From positions 1,042,936-1,106,935 of the forward strand of contig JAMWBK010000013.1 of the NCBI GenBank assembly GCA_029953675.1: a stretch of DNA of 64,000 nt, written 5' to 3'. Under the pieces are notes generated by a model. That model was not told the DNA's origin. It did not search any database and saw only the letters and a program-made list of their open reading frames with translations. This document shows, one piece after another, positions 12,674-26,480 of the stretch. This DNA is from Rhodosorus marinus CCMP1338. Lineage: Eukaryota > Plantae > Rhodophyta. A program made the position numbers and the translations under genes. Each line of letters opens with the position of its first letter. Positions within the stretch are counted from its first letter, which is position 1.

Positions 12674-14059
12674 AGGGCTATAAGACGGAACTGCTCACAC
12701 TTTGCTTCCCAACTTCAATATTTTTTCTCTATTTTCCGATATCTGATTTGTATTCTTCCTGATTCTATGGCAAACTTCCAACCTTCAATAAACTAGTTTT
12801 AATTATGCTTTGGTGCCCAACTAAGCCTGGTGTTTTGAAACGTCCGGACTCTGCCGTTAACCCCAGGAGCTTCCGCCTCCCGGTTGGGGGATCACTAGAC
12901 CCTCGTTTCGTAGAATGGACGTTCTAAAGTGGAACCGCTCGCGACTCCACTTTCACCTGCACTTTACGGTTGAAGGTCATTTGCTCTTGCTTGCACTTTC
13001 TGTTTAGGAGGCGCATTGGAGAACTAAAGTCAGCCCGTTTCGACCTCTTCGATTGAGCTTGCACTAGTCTCTCCTACCCCGAGTTTGTTATGTATAAAAG
13101 AAAGTGAGTATCGGAGGGTTTCGATGCTCGAGTAAGAGGAGGAAAAACGCCTTGTTCTCCGGCAAAAGGAGTGCGTTGTATGTAAAAGACTGAAACCTGG
13201 TGGTTTTTCCGTGCTTGACCAGGGACGTGGAAAACGGCTTAATTTCGTCCTGCACTAAATGACAATCATGAAATTTTCATGAAAATTACCAAGCCCTGAT
13301 CGAGCCTCGCCTTTAACCGTGAGGAGGTCCATATCCAATCCAGTTTCGTTATTTGAGACACAGCCGCAAAGTAGACAAAAAACTGTTTTTTATTCCTTGT
13401 TATGCAGTAAAAACTTTTATTGGGCAATGTTCATAGGCTTGCGCTCATGCCCGCTGGCCAATAAGTTTTCTCAGAGCGCTCATGGCAGTCGAGCCTCCAG
13501 GGGTAGGCCGTTTTCGTAGGTTTGTATTTTCACAGATTTTGAAGCCTCCCACATCTTGACGCCCCAAAGAAGGCATTCACCCTTTGAGATTTCTGGAAAA
13601 TCGTATATCAGCCCCTATTGCCTGTTCTCAAAAATACAAACCCTCTCAAAAGTTGTAGGTTTGGATGTTGGTAGAGAAAAGATGTCCTAGAATTTTGGGT
13701 ATTGAAGAAACTGGACAGGAAAAGATATTACTTAGAAACGTTTGCATGGGCAAACAAAACCCATATTTCGCAGCTTGACGGATGATGCTTGACTAGATAG
13801 GGCTTTTTAGGGTCGGCTTTTCCGGCAGCATCTCCCCATTCATATTGCTTAGGTTTGTTTTGTATTTATTGTTCGGGGTCTCCATGCTTTGCAAAATAAT
13901 CAATCATCTCCGAACCCGCCATTGAATCATGATTACTTCTTGGTATGAGAAGCTCTCTCGCATATCATGAATTACGATAATTTATGAGATGCACAAGAAG
14001 TCCTATCATGTAATGAATTATGAAATAAGTCAGAGTCAGAGCCGGAGTCCATATGCGGC

Positions 14060-14410
14060 TTGAACGTCAACAAGACGGAATGGGGTCGGAGACTATGCAT
14101 AGACTACCGGCGACTCAGCAAGGTGACATTCAAGGAGCGCACGGCACCTCCGCGCATTTCTGAACTCATCGACACACCAGGGGCGTCGCGTGTTTTTCAG
14201 CCCGAATGGCATCACCGTCCACTCATACTGGCCCACCGGCATGACGAATGCCGTGCGTTTTCGTGACTCTGGGTGGACCGGTAATCGCCAGTACCCTGAG
14301 CGCAGACCCAGCGTCGTGAAGACGCGCGACGCCCCAGTGTGTCCACGAGTTCAGAAATGCGCTGGGGTGGTGTTCGGCTATCACTTTGTTAAGCCGCCGG
14401 CAGTCCATGC
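14060..14410. mobile_element. Two decayed Ty3/gypsy RT fragments in opposite orientation
   Basis: + strand RLCIDYRRLSKVTFKERTAPPRISELID and - strand DCRRLNKVI match the gypsy RT motif RLCIDYRxLNKVT...LPRIDELLD. Confidence 0.7.
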
Positions 14411-14763
14411 ATAGTCTCCGACCCCCACCCCTCTTGTTGACGTACAGCGCAGGAGCCGCATATGGACACCGACTCGGACTTCTCAGGCCCTTCTCCCTGA
14501 GATCTCGAATATCCGCATATAAGCGTCTGCATTATTCAGAGCCTAACTACCCTGAGAAGGCAACATGGGATAAGGTGCTTGTGCCTGCGCCGTCGCGTCT
14601 GTGGTCAGCCGAATCTTCAGAGCGTATTTTTCCCTCTCTGCGGGGGTACTGGTATCGTCTCCCAAGACACCGTCGGATACCCCTTTTTGAGAGAGCTGCC
14701 GAAATCCTGTTCGCGGGCAGCTGCCCTGCGCCTCGTCTCCTCGCCATCTCGGTCCATGACTGC

Positions 14764-14913
14764 GATTGCTCCCAATTGTCGCCGTGGTGGTTTCACCAAG
14801 CCTGGCCTTCCTCCATTGGTGTTCCTCCATTTGTGTCCAGGTTGAGTCCATGCACTCGAGCGGGGGGAAGGCCAGGCTTGGTGAAACTACCACGGCGACA
14901 ATTGGGAGCAATC
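14764..14913. repeat. Inverted repeat, 48-bp arms with 54-nt loop
   Basis: 14764-14811 is the reverse complement of 14866-14913 with one mismatch. Confidence 0.95.
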
Positions 14914-15811
14914 TGTTAGGAAGCCAGTTCCTAAAGAGACAGATCTTGATTTGACTTCTGGAATATTCTGAGTCGCGTGGGGTACGTTGTGTCGATTAGG
15001 ACTCTTCTCTGATGGCGCCTGTGTCGATAAGGTAGCTCACCTCTTGTTCCCCAAGCAACCAACCCCGTTGCCGAGAGCTCATTGCCCCGTCGCCGCAGCT
15101 TATCGGTCTCCTGCATGCTTTGCAATTGACTCTCGGGCGGCCCTCGCCGTGAGCCTACTAGTTTTCGGATGTTATCGGACCATTTATCGAAGAATTCTTG
15201 TTTCTTATCCATGTCCGATCAACCTCGATTATTTCCTAATTCTCATCGGATAGACGTTTATCGGAAGTTTATCTGCCGGAGATGAGACAACCCTAATATA
15301 TACTATGGAGACTCTAAAATACGCTTGGCGGTTGTTCTTGTTCTCAAGAAATCCCTCAATTAACACTCGGAAACGACTACTGAGCTAGACCCCGACGACG
15401 ATTTACAGTCCGCGTACCAAAATTTGTCTGGCATAGAGTGGATTTCCTTTTTTTTGATTGTTCATTCGGGTGCTGTGTCCTAGACTGCTTGAGTCAAGCT
15501 CAGCTTCTCTCTCGTCCATAGATTTTGCTCTGGTTTCGTGTGAGTCGAATTGCGTCGAAATTGTATTCATAAAATGAACAGTGGGGTCCATTATTGTCAG
15601 GAGGAAGTAAGGATCGGTATTGATTGCATTGGACGAGAATCCTAGTAGAATCTGGTCGGCACAAATTCTGTTGTTCATGAGGCATTTTGTACTCGCAGAG
15701 AGAAGTTGAACATGGAGGTGAGCAGTTGATAGACTAGTTGAGCCAGAAGGAAAGCCTTGCTGTTGAAATGCAGAAACGAAGTGGCTCATCCCCGTCGATT
15801 AGATCTGGCAC

Positions 15812-17660
15812 ATGGGTGGCTTGCCGGGACGATGTGGGATGGTGACAATGTGGTTTGGTGGATGGTTGGTTCCGACGGTTGTTTTCTGGGGTGGACTACT
15901 GCTGGGAAACTCGCTCGGGCTTACAACGCGGGGCAATATTGTCATTGAGGGTATTGAGACTGTGGAACTAGTGTCGGAAGCTGTACAGGAGCACATTTTT
16001 GGGTTTGGAATAGGCGGTACGGCCTCGATTCAATTCGACAGCGCGGATCCTAATATTCTAGCTAACACTAGGCTTGTGTTCGGGGGCTGCTTGGAGAAAA
16101 CTGTTCGGCGGGATACCCGGTACCTACTTAGGCTTGGACCACAGCTCGACACTCTTCTTCAAATCAAGGAGGATGGGACGGAAATCAGACCTCAGCAGGC
16201 TTTTTGTGACGGAGAGGACTTGGGTAGAGTTTGTCGAATTTCCGAGTTGACCGCTAGCTCTACTGATGTTGGAAATAGCACAGCTTCTGTAACATTCGAC
16301 ATCAAGGGACTCTATCAGTTAATGCTGATACGATGCACAGTGAACAGCGAGACCCAAGTTCGAGGAACGTATGAAGCGAGCTGGAACAATCCAAACGAGG
16401 GCTATACTGAATTGGGCTTTGAGGAACAAGCGTTCCCTAAAACGAGCGGCGTGTTTGCTGGCCTCTTTGGAGTACTGGTTTTGTGGTTGGGCTTAGGTGG
16501 CATTATTTTCTACAAGCACTTCGTCCGCTGTATACAGTACTTTCTGATTATTCTTGGCGCCCTCATGAGCGTGATCGGCTATCTACTATTCGCGTTAGAG
16601 TTTTGGAACACTGTGAACACGTCAGAGAGAGATGGAGCAATTCTCGTCTTGCGCGCACCGTTTGCTATAATCAGTGAACTCTGCCTTGTCACGACCCTTG
16701 TGGGGTTGTCCTCTGGCATGGTTCTGCTGCCCCCGGAGTTCAACAAGAGCCACCCCTTCAACACGTTTTCCAAGTTCCGAGTGATCCTGCTTCTAGTGAT
16801 CAACAGCATCTCAACCACACTCTACTATTTTCTCGCGGGGAGGAACTGGATATCAGCGGTCACGAGAATTTCCGTCGATGTCTTTACCTCCGGTGTTCTC
16901 ATCTACATTTGGAGACAGGAACGGGGGATTTTTCTTAGCTTCGTTGACATTGTGGAAGGCTACGGCTACAACTACAAGAGTACTCCTCTCTACTGGAGAC
17001 ATTGGGGTGTGCTGATTCTCCCGTGGTTGTATACGATCGTGATCGTCGTACGTGATCTCGTAATGATGCTTGCGGACTTGACGACGGCAATTCAGCCTAT
17101 TGTTCTCTTTTGCACAAGTGCATCGCTCGAATTCATTGTGTTTGGAGCTTTGACGTTCATTCTGAGAGTGTCCCCACGGAACAGGTTCACATGCAGAATT
17201 GAATGGGACACGCGACCACTTGCGGTCGAAAATATCCGAGAACGAGCTGATGACGGTCAAAGCGTAGATGTGGAATGGAGCGGTGAACATCTCAGGAACT
17301 GGAACTGGGGTGACCCGATGCCCAGCTTGGATCAAGTATTTACGATCGCCGTAAGTAGAATGCCGAAGCAGTTTACGGGCTTGAGGAAACTCTGTTTGTT
17401 TTTTTTTGACATCTTGCTTTTCACTCTCCCTCCGCCGTCAAAAAAAGACCCAACAGCTTGAGATGAAGCGCATAATCAAGTTGTACGGGAAAGTGCCTAT
17501 ATTTTATGTGGTTGAAGATCTCGCGTTACCCAACCAGAAAGCTAGACCGCAGCTGTACCTGGCAATTGGGGCCGGGGGCAGGAGAAAGCTTCGAAAAAGC
17601 GAACACAGCAGTCACCGCCCAGCGCCTCAAGGCTCAACGGATTCGGAGGAGGCGCCGTGA
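15812..17660 (+). CDS. GOST/TMEM87-GPR107-like seven-transmembrane protein, two exons
   Basis: Signal-like N-terminus, luminal domain, NPNEGY motif and about 7 hydrophobic helices. Phase-0 intron 17351-17456 (GTAAGT...AACAG) joins in frame to LEMKRIIKLYG...SEEAP*. The family call is from recalled motif pattern. Confidence 0.7.
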
Positions 17661-18809
17661 TATGAAGATAACAGTGCGGCTTTGCCAGTGTCTTTTGCTG
17701 CGTGTTTCCGTAGTGTGCTATTTAAAAGCTGAAGCTCGGTCTTGGAATACTTCCCGGAACACATGCGGCCATCCCGCAGCTGAGTCCTATTGCTTCCCGA
17801 TCGAGCAGAAATTAATAGTATTTATCCAGCTATGTGCCTTGAACGTTGCCCTTCTAAGGCGTTGGTTTCCAAGCCAGAGAACTGCTTCACATGCTTCCTA
17901 CAGCTATTTACTAAGCAATCCTCCTGGCTTATGTTCCTTGACCTTTGGGGTTGGAACTTGGTACGTGGGGTGTTGAAAAAACGCGTTGTGATGCACATAT
18001 CCCGGATTGCTAGAAGCTCGTTTAGCTGTCAGCACCTTATCAGGGTTCCCAATTTGCAAAAGCACCGCCGACGTTTTTTTTCCTTGGCGACGCAATTGGC
18101 CAAGTGCCCAGCGGTAAAAAAACCAGTCGAAAACGGAAAGCGGAAGTCCCCCTGAGATTAAGGGGTGGAAGAAAACTTTGGATTTTGCTTGACTTAAATC
18201 ATCTTTCGTAGATTATCTAAAACTTTATATTCAAATTTGACCCAAAGACATAAACCTCCCAGGGGTATACATTAAGAACTTGCCGTTTCGCCACACAGCC
18301 AGCCAGTGGTGCAGGGTTTGGGCAAGGGCAAGTGTCCAAGAAGAGACAAAGAGCGGACTTGCACATGACACGAGCCGAGCTTCTCGTGCGCGTTTGACAC
18401 TCATCCACAATTGGAAAGAAGCGGCCATCTGAACCAAAAGGCTGCGAGCATGGATAACTCACATTCAGATTCGCCAAACGGCGAGTGAGCTAAGCCAGGC
18501 AATACAGACCAAAGCCCCTTATGGGGAGTTTGCAACAAAAAGGACAAAAAGTTCGCGTGCTCAGGAAAATCTGGGAATTTTGCTGTTTATCTAATGTGAC
18601 AAGCGCCTTTTGTGAATATTCGCTAGCCGGGGACATTGCGGTTGGGAAGCGGGAGGTTGGGCAGTGGACTAGCTGAAAGATACTGCAAAAAAGTGGGAAT
18701 GGGTGTAGATACTAATCTAGTATTCAAGGCGGGTGCTGAAGTCTGTGGAAAAGAGTTGGGGGCTTTTTGGGGAGAGTGCTTCTCGACGCTTGCCCAAGAT
18801 TGAGGTAAA

Positions 18810-20207
18810 ATGGACGTGGCTGAAGGAGGAGGGGAGAAATTCGCCACCGCGTACTTGGAGGTGGACTTGGGGGACAAGATTAAACGGATGACTTTTCGCA
18901 TATTCACAGACAAGGTGCCTAAGACTGCTGAGAATTTCCTAAGACTCTGCGATGGGTCTAAGGGAGTTGGGAAGAAGACGGGCGCGAACTTGCATTATAG
19001 GGGATCACCGTTTCACAGGATCATCAAGGGGTTCATGGTACAGGGTGGGGACATTTCGAAAGGGAACGGAAAGGGTGGGGAGTCCATATATGGAGGAAAC
19101 TTCGAGGACGAAGACATGAGTATAAAGCATGATCGCGTGGGCCTTCTATCCATGGCAAACAAGGGGAAGAACACCAACGGTAGCCAGTTTTTTATTACTT
19201 GCGCGGAAGCACCGCATTTGGACGGGAAGCATGTCGTCTTTGGAGAGCTGATTGAGGGCAGAGATGCACTCGAAAGTCTGGAATTTCTTGAGACAAATGA
19301 CGCAGAGGTACCGCTTAGGCCTGTGACTATAGCGGGTTGTGGGGTTCTGTCCGAGCCAATTCGTGACCGACAACTGTCTGACGTGGAAACTGAAAACGCA
19401 GACAGGCAAGCAGCAACATGGAGGTCTAGAGAAGATAGCCTTATGGATGACGACGGGGATGAGGATGACAAAAAGAGCCGAGATTGGCCATCCGGTGTAC
19501 ATAGGCGTGGACGTGGGTCGTTCAAATTTGTCACGGAAGAGGAGCAAGATCGCGGTGTTACTGTGGATGATCGACACGGGCCGAACAGAGCACCGGCACC
19601 AAAGAGACTTCACAGAGAAAGAAGGTTTGCAGGCGGACCACCGCAGAGTGGCCGGCGATTTGAGAGGCGTTTGGATGAGGCAGATACGGCCAGAGGAAGA
19701 CAAGGACATGGTGGGAAGCGGAGACATCTGGACGATATTCCCAGTCGAAGTCATGACGGTCCTGATGATGGGAGAGGGAAGAGACCTAGACGACGAGACG
19801 AGAATATGATTAATCGAGATGGAGACCGTCGAGGAGCTGGCCGTGGAGAGTTTACCGGCCAAGCGAGGGCAGCAAAAGATAATTTAGGCAGAGGAGAACC
19901 TCATGCGGACGATGTGGAAACAGGCGATGTAGAGTTTGATAGGAATGGTCGCGATGCCAGAATGGAATTGGACGGACCTCAGAGGGATGAAGGAAGACGC
20001 CCATTAGGGGACGGGCGGAGACTGTCGCGCGGAAAAGGAATGGTTTCAGAGCGAAAAGGTAACGACCGCTCCTGGGAACGTGACGGACGAGGGCACCGGG
20101 ACTCCTGGCCCCGGTTTCGATCTCGAAGCTTCGACGGCAGGGATCAGAGGTGGGGACGAGGAGGCAGGCGAAACCGTGAAGCGAGACGGGATAGGTCGCT
20201 GGACTGA
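18810..20207 (+). CDS. Cyclophilin PPIase with long Arg/Gly/Asp-rich C-terminal tail (nuclear splicing-associated type)
   Basis: VPKTAENFLRLC, FHRIIKGFMVQGGD, LLSMANKGKNTNGSQFFIT, HLDGKHVVFG. Confidence 0.95.
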   Translation: MDVAEGGGEKFATAYLEVDLGDKIKRMTFRIFTDKVPKTAENFLRLCDGSKGVGKKTGANLHYRGSPFHRIIKGFMVQGGDISKGNGKGGESIYGGNFEDEDMSIKHDRVGLLSMANKGKNTNGSQFFITCAEAPHLDGKHVVFGELIEGRDALESLEFLETNDAEVPLRPVTIAGCGVLSEPIRDRQLSDVETENADRQAATWRSREDSLMDDDGDEDDKKSRDWPSGVHRRGRGSFKFVTEEEQDRGVTVDDRHGPNRAPAPKRLHRERRFAGGPPQSGRRFERRLDEADTARGRQGHGGKRRHLDDIPSRSHDGPDDGRGKRPRRRDENMINRDGDRRGAGRGEFTGQARAAKDNLGRGEPHADDVETGDVEFDRNGRDARMELDGPQRDEGRRPLGDGRRLSRGKGMVSERKGNDRSWERDGRGHRDSWPRFRSRSFDGRDQRWGRGGRRNREARRDRSLD

Positions 20208-21174
20208 GTGCTTGTCAAGAGGAGTTGGTCAGCTCTTCATTGCCCTTCAACGACCGAGAAGCTGAGCCAGTTTAAGGAAATTGGGCTTCCGTTGTAAATA
20301 GAAGAAGAATGACCGGTTCGTTATTGATTCGAAACCATTTTTGACGACTGTAAATTTTAACTTCAGATGGGGCAATACTTTGAGCCACGATTTTAACGGG
20401 TAACCGGACGAATTCCCTGACCCGGGAAAATCCCAGTTCCGCATGCAAGCCGCTGAGCGGCTCTGATGCCCATAGAAGTGCTTCTACCGATGGATCTCTT
20501 TCCAAATATTATCATGGCAGAGGATACTGGAATCCATTCATTAGTTTTTCCTTCTATAGTTCAAAAACTGCTCAGCGAGGTTACAGTCTCACCTTCAACG
20601 AAGAACTTGTCAAGACGCTTGCGAGATTGAAAAGCATGAAGCTACGGAGAAAGCCATGCGGGAAGCTCAGACTCCGATATTCCGCACTGCTTGAATGATA
20701 GATAGAAAGCACTATCTGTTCAGCGAGCGCGCGGATCTCGGAGACTCTCTAAAATCGGTAGAGGATGGCGGTTCCCACCGTGTCTTGTAGAGTGGAGCAC
20801 GAAAAAGACTTTGTAGTAACGTGGTGACTTGCAAGTCCAAGTTTTGTATCCATAAGCTTTAAATGAGGGAAGACTAAGGGCTGGGCTCGACTTGGGATAC
20901 CACTGAGTGATGTACGTAGAGTACGTCGGCAGCGAGAAGGCGGTCGCGCTTGACCTGAGTAGAAGCGCAGGTTTTGGGGAAAAGCTGGTGCGAGAGCCTA
21001 CTCCGAAGCTTGATAAACCAACCTTCACACAACCACCACAGTTGCGCAAAAGGTTTTTAGAAGGCCAAAGACAGTCTTCGCAAGGGCAAAAAACTCCACG
21101 ATTCCGTGGAAGTTTTGCCGTCGATGATCCTGGAGTCGACTAGAACAAGACCCAGGTTGTTGTACCCGTGTTCT

Positions 21175-22444
21175 TCAAAATAATGGCCTCCTGACTGCGC
21201 TTAACAGGTTCCAAATCGGGAATGCAGCGAATGTTTTTCCAAGTGCTTCCCTGTACGCTGGCTCGTTCCTCCGCTCAAGCCGCAGTGGAAACCGGTAGGC
21301 TGTAAATCTGCGAACCATTTTCAACCCTCCGACAATCAAAAAGGCGCTGGTCAGAAAAGAATCACTTTGAAGAGTCTCTAAACATAATAAATGAGAAGAC
21401 CACCATTCGACTGCTAAACGATTGAAGATAAAGTAGTTCATATTCAATGCAGTTTGTGAAGTGAGGAAGGAGAAAGATTTCCATTGTTTTTTGACGGATT
21501 TGCCTATATGTTGGGTTTGTCAGCGTAGCCTTGTTCGCCAAGTCAGACTCCGACTCTGAGGCTGACCTGGTTGGCAGCCTAGCCGGCACGGGGCGGTCTG
21601 AAGAAAAACTGCTAATTCTGGAAAAGAATGGGAGCCGGAAAATCTTTCATGAGTAGTTGGACGAGTTTCCTGGAGTCTCGTTTGGTGGTTCTCTGATGGC
21701 GAGAGCAGAGGAAGCCTTGACACTCGAAATCGTAGAAATCAATACGTCCCACATTTTTCAACTCGAGAACTCTTGTGGAGTGGGACAAATGGACCCTAAA
21801 CTCCGGCTCTCTGGCATGAGCAGTCACTCAATTTTACGGGGAAGTAGAAGCGGCTTCCCCTTTCCGGCACCCCCGCATTGACATACATGCGAATTATTAC
21901 TCGAACCAGCAGGCTGCCAACCTCATATTCGTAATAGTGTTATGGTCAAGGACTGATGTGCAGTCCATGTGTATCCCGAACGGGAGAATTTCTTTTTTCG
22001 TTTCGATGGAATGCTCACCCCGTTGGCATTCCGAATATCGCAATAGCGGACTTTCCCGCCTTCGTTTCCGAAAAAGGTGGAATGTAGCCTGAAGAAGGCA
22101 TGCGGTGGCTGATCCGGTAGGCAGTCCCTACACACTCTCAGGTGTGAAAAAAGCAAACCAACTCCCAGTTCTCCGAAAAGGTAGGAGCCATGATTCTCAG
22201 TGGACAAAAATCTTCTTGTTGCGGAATTGGCGGTGTCAACTTGAGTCAAAAGGGGATAATCGTGTATTTGACATCGATTGATATTTTGCCGGGAAGTCCG
22301 AAAGTAATAAGAAATCCCGCAAAAAGCTATCCCAATCGCAGTGTAGCTGTGTTGATTAAAATCTGGACGTTTTGCAGACGGCTTCGCCCCCTTCCCTGGG
22401 CCCGGGTGTTTCTCTCCGACCCTTGTTTTCGGTTTGACATCCAA
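21175..22444 (-). CDS. Possible hypothetical protein, probably multi-exon
   Basis: 173-aa ORF 21923-22444 and collinear downstream minus-strand ORFs; no recognisable domain. Confidence 0.3.
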
Positions 22445-23912
22445 TCCCCTCGCGTTTCTTTGTGATCGCCATGTTCACCCCAATCAAAACCCTAGGAAGA
22501 ATGAAGCGTGGATTTTTTGATGGAAAAAAAGAAAGAATTGAGAATACCATCACCACCCCCACCTCCACCTTCCCTTTTTTTCTTGGCGGGTGGGGGAGCT
22601 TATCCAAGCAGATGGATGTGAATGATATAGCAATCCAGAATAGAAAAAGTAGATATTATATATTGCATTTGTATATGTAGTGTGTATGTGGGTCCGAACC
22701 ATAAGCCTTACTTTTTGGAAACTATTTGGAAGTCCGCGACGTGAACTATAAGCGTTTTTTTTACGAGATAAACAAATTATGCGCCAATATGAATATATCC
22801 TCGCGTTTCCAGTCCTTGAAAAAAGATAATTTTGAGAGTATGAAATCAATGCAAACTGGAAAATTTGTATTGATTGGGAGTTGTGTGGTTCATCTCACCA
22901 ATAGAATTCTTCTCAGAGTAGGTAGCTGATGGTGAATAGAATCTTTTATATGATTTATCAAAATACAGGAGATCGCTCTACTGCTCCACCCCGGTACCTC
23001 TCCCGATTTCTTAGCATTTAACGCAATTGAACTTCCACCCCGTGGGAAAAACGAATACATGCAGTAATCTTCCATATTTCTACAAATAAATTATCATAGT
23101 AGATGTTCATAGACATCCAATGCCTTCCCACGCCTAGGGTTGTTACGAATATCGACCTGCAGTGCGAGAGCTCTACCTACTAAGCAACGAGAAATACGAC
23201 ATCGTGGATGTGAACAGCTGAATAATAAATACCCCATGTCACCGGATGGTTTTCGCATTTATTGAATAAAACATAGCATGATTCTTTTTTTGTGAGCGTT
23301 TCAGGGGTCCCGGAAAGGACCTCCAAAAAGGATTCTCCTCTTGGTCTTCTGGGGGGGGTGGGTGGAGGTTACGTGGGTAGGGGCCGTTTTATGAACGTCC
23401 ACATGGAACTCGTTCCGACGTTTGTTTGTTTCTATTGAGGTGCGGCTTTTTTCGCTGTGGAACTTCATTGGGCATGCATATTGAAAAAGCATTCACATGG
23501 TATCATGTTTCTCGTTATTCTTGGCTCGGGTCGAAGAGGGGTGGGAAGAAAGGTTGGTCGATGATGGCCTGGTTGTAAAATTGTCAAGGTGATTTCAACC
23601 GCGAAGGAACGAGTGAGTGTGCCTGGTCAGTAGAGGAGCGTGGTCCAGGGGTTCCCATTTGCTGCTAGGGTTTGTGCAAAGTTTGCAACACAAGGAGGGT
23701 GATTAGTAGGAGGTCTTCAGTTCGAAAGTGTCTATGTGCTGGCCCTAGGAACTGGGTTGGGATCCTGGCGTTTCCCCCCCTTCCGCGGTCGTTGCAACTT
23801 GTGGCTAATTCTCGAGAACGAGAATCCTCCGGTGCTTGTAGCCGTCTTGCCATTTAATTGACCACTTTCGTCTCTTTGCATCTCTTTGCTTGCCGTAGCC
23901 ACCCGAGTAGCT

Positions 23913-26017
23913 ATGGCTTTGAACGCGTCCTTTGCGTCGTCAAATGGCTCGGTGACCTCGTTCCATAGCATCCCCGGCAGTTCTGTGGTAGGCGATGTAA
24001 TTTCTGAGTATTCGGTAGAGGACACCGACTTTGAGGACCTCCTGGGCGACAGCGAGAGGAATGGCTCAACGGATGGGGAAAGGTACGCTGACTTGGATGA
24101 GCGATCACTGGCTGATGAGGGCTCGGAGCGAAGAGCGTCTTCATCGTTATCGCGGAGATCATCGTCGAAGAAGCGTGGGCAATCCAAGCTTGTTTATGGG
24201 CTACGAGGTCACGGTCTACAAGAAAAAACCCTTCGAGTCAAAAGAATCAACGAGTTCAGGACGGAGCTAATGAGTCTCTTCAAGGAGATGAATAGACTTA
24301 TTGGTTTCGAAGTCAGCCAGTTCCGAAGCGTGAGGGGGACTGCTTCTCGTGAGATACTCCGAATGGAACTGGGCATGCTAGCAATGAAGCTCGCGCAGAT
24401 GGATTCAAGAGAACGCGTTCCCAGCCTTCGCGAGCTGTTGAGAAGGTATGAACGTTTCGTCCTCGTGTTTCTTACGGCAGAAATTCACTGATTCTAAGGT
24501 CGTACGTTCCTCCCTGGTAGGCGAAAGGACCAAGAAAACGAAATAGAGAATCTCGAGGTGAAACTGGCAACACTGCTGTACCCTGGCAGTCGTCGTGGTA
24601 GCGTGGAGCACAAGAGGTTCAAGCTTCAGAGAGTTTTGGACGTTTTGGATTCCGAGCTTGACCACGCGAAGGTGGAGAAGGAGGAGACTCGCGGGTTGTT
24701 AGTTCGAAAAACCGCCGAACTGAAGCACATGGATGCTAGAAATGAGGCTTTGAACCGGAGCCTGATCGATCTTGAGTAAGGTGTAGTTCGCACCATGGTG
24801 TTCCAAGCCCCGCTCGGGATTCGTCTAAACTCGTTTGCCTTTCCTCCTCGTTTTGATTTGGAATAGAGTCCAGGCCTCGCGTGAATTGCGGTCGCCCACG
24901 CCTGACATTGTGAGGCTAAAGGTCTTAGAGCATGACAATGAGAAGGCTGAATTGGAAGCAGAACTGATGCGTCTCACGAAAGCGATGGGAGGCGTCAGGA
25001 TCAAGTTACGTGAGAAGGAGTCCACCCTTATTCAGGCTAGCGAGGAAACCTCCAAGATTGAGACGCTGCTAAAGGAACTTCGGACTAGGGTAGTAAACAC
25101 CAAACACCGTATCGCCGACAAAGAAGCAGTAGCCGCAAGTGCTAGGCACCAGCAGCAGTCAGTTATTGCCAGGACATTGGAGCTTCGATCTGAGACTAGC
25201 GAGGACCGAGAACAGTTGATGGGTCAGATTCAAGACCTGTACGAGGTTCAGAAAGCGACCATTGCCGATGTGAAGGATTTGTATGGCGAGAAAGCCGGAG
25301 GGAGTTTGGAGAGGCTCGTTGACAGGAATGAAAAAGTCCAGCGTGGGTTCCTGCGCATATTTAAAAAGGCTTGGCTCCCTAAGATGAGCGCCTCACATCG
25401 CAACAACTGGGTAGAATATGTTGGGGACACGTCGACGGAACATGATTCGGCTCCCCGCAGCAGCAACCCATCGGGGGTGTTCCCGTCGAAGTATCACACA
25501 AGTGAGCTTACGCGGGAGGGAAGCGCGAGCGTAGTGGACGTAACTACAAGCGGTGAAGAGGGTTCCCCGGAAGGAGAAAACTCAACGAAGCGGAACGAGG
25601 ACCGATCACTGCCCGCTCGCGTCGAGAAGGTTGCTCGCGAGGATTCCAAGAGACTGTATGATCGTAGCGTGCTTCGGGTGAGATCCAAAGAAATCAGGAG
25701 CCTTGATTTCCTGGATTCTTGCATTAAGCAGAGAGAGAGGTAAGCGACGTCGAGTACCAATCCATCCGCACGTTAGATCTAGCTGACATTGTACCTTTCG
25801 CCCGGTGTGCAGAAGCATCACAGAGCTCGAGAAACGGTCGGAGGAACTTGATCTTTACCTGAAGTCCTTGAACGCAGAGCTGGAAACCGCAGAGGAGGAG
25901 AAGAATGGCAGACTCATTGTCAAGAACTTCAACCGAATGGGGGAAGAGCTCGCTCAAGTGGAACTGGAAAGATACAGCGTGCGCCTTGGACAGTACAGCA
26001 ACAGCCTTTTCGTCTAG
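23913..26017 (+). CDS. Coiled-coil protein, four exons
   Basis: Consecutive ORFs 23886-24491, 24558-24779, 24835-25743 and 25805-26017 have heptad-like E/K/L/R composition and GT...AG junctions (GTATGA, GTAAGG, GTAAGC donors). Confidence 0.7.
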
Positions 26018-26329
26018 GATAGTGCTGATGTTTGCGAAGTAGTAATGTGGTTATTTAATAAAGGTATTTGTTTGGTGGCTTTTCGCCCAAGGTTCGTTCT
26101 CTCTAGGAAGACCTTGTCATCAGGGCGGGAGTTGTTTTCCTCTGTGAACGCCGTTCGATAGTATAGCAAGAGCCTTGCAGCCTAATCGTCTGAGATTGGC
26201 GACTGGTGTTTTCGAAAACGGAAAATTCAGCTATTGCAAGCAGGAATTTTGGCTCGGATTGGTAGCCGAAGGTCCGTTGTCATATGGAAACCCTGTAACT
26301 TCAACATACGATGGAGTCGACCATTATGG

Positions 26330-26480
26330 GAGCTGAGGAATGCTTCCTGCGCATTTTCTCCGATGCTGGCCATCCAAGTTCCACCAGCCGAGCAAATCCA
26401 CAGGCCAGGGAAAAGCTGCGAATGCTCGGGATTAGGCACCACTGCAGTTTCCGTAAGCTGCTGGTCGCTGGGGTCTGTGT
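26330..26480 (+). mobile_element. Possible integrase-core remnant
   Basis: IFSDAGHPSSTS...LRMLGIRHHCS weakly resembles the SDxG...FTS...LGIxH motif of retroelement integrases. Confidence 0.25.

Noticed and set aside
10815-13935. Short similarity between about 10815-10860 and 13894-13935 (AATAATCAATCATCTC...ATTGAATCATGAT)
   Set aside because: Too short and AT-rich to assign by eye; possibly an old repeat.
23732-24187. 151-aa minus-strand ORF
   Set aside because: Antisense shadow of the coiled-coil gene.
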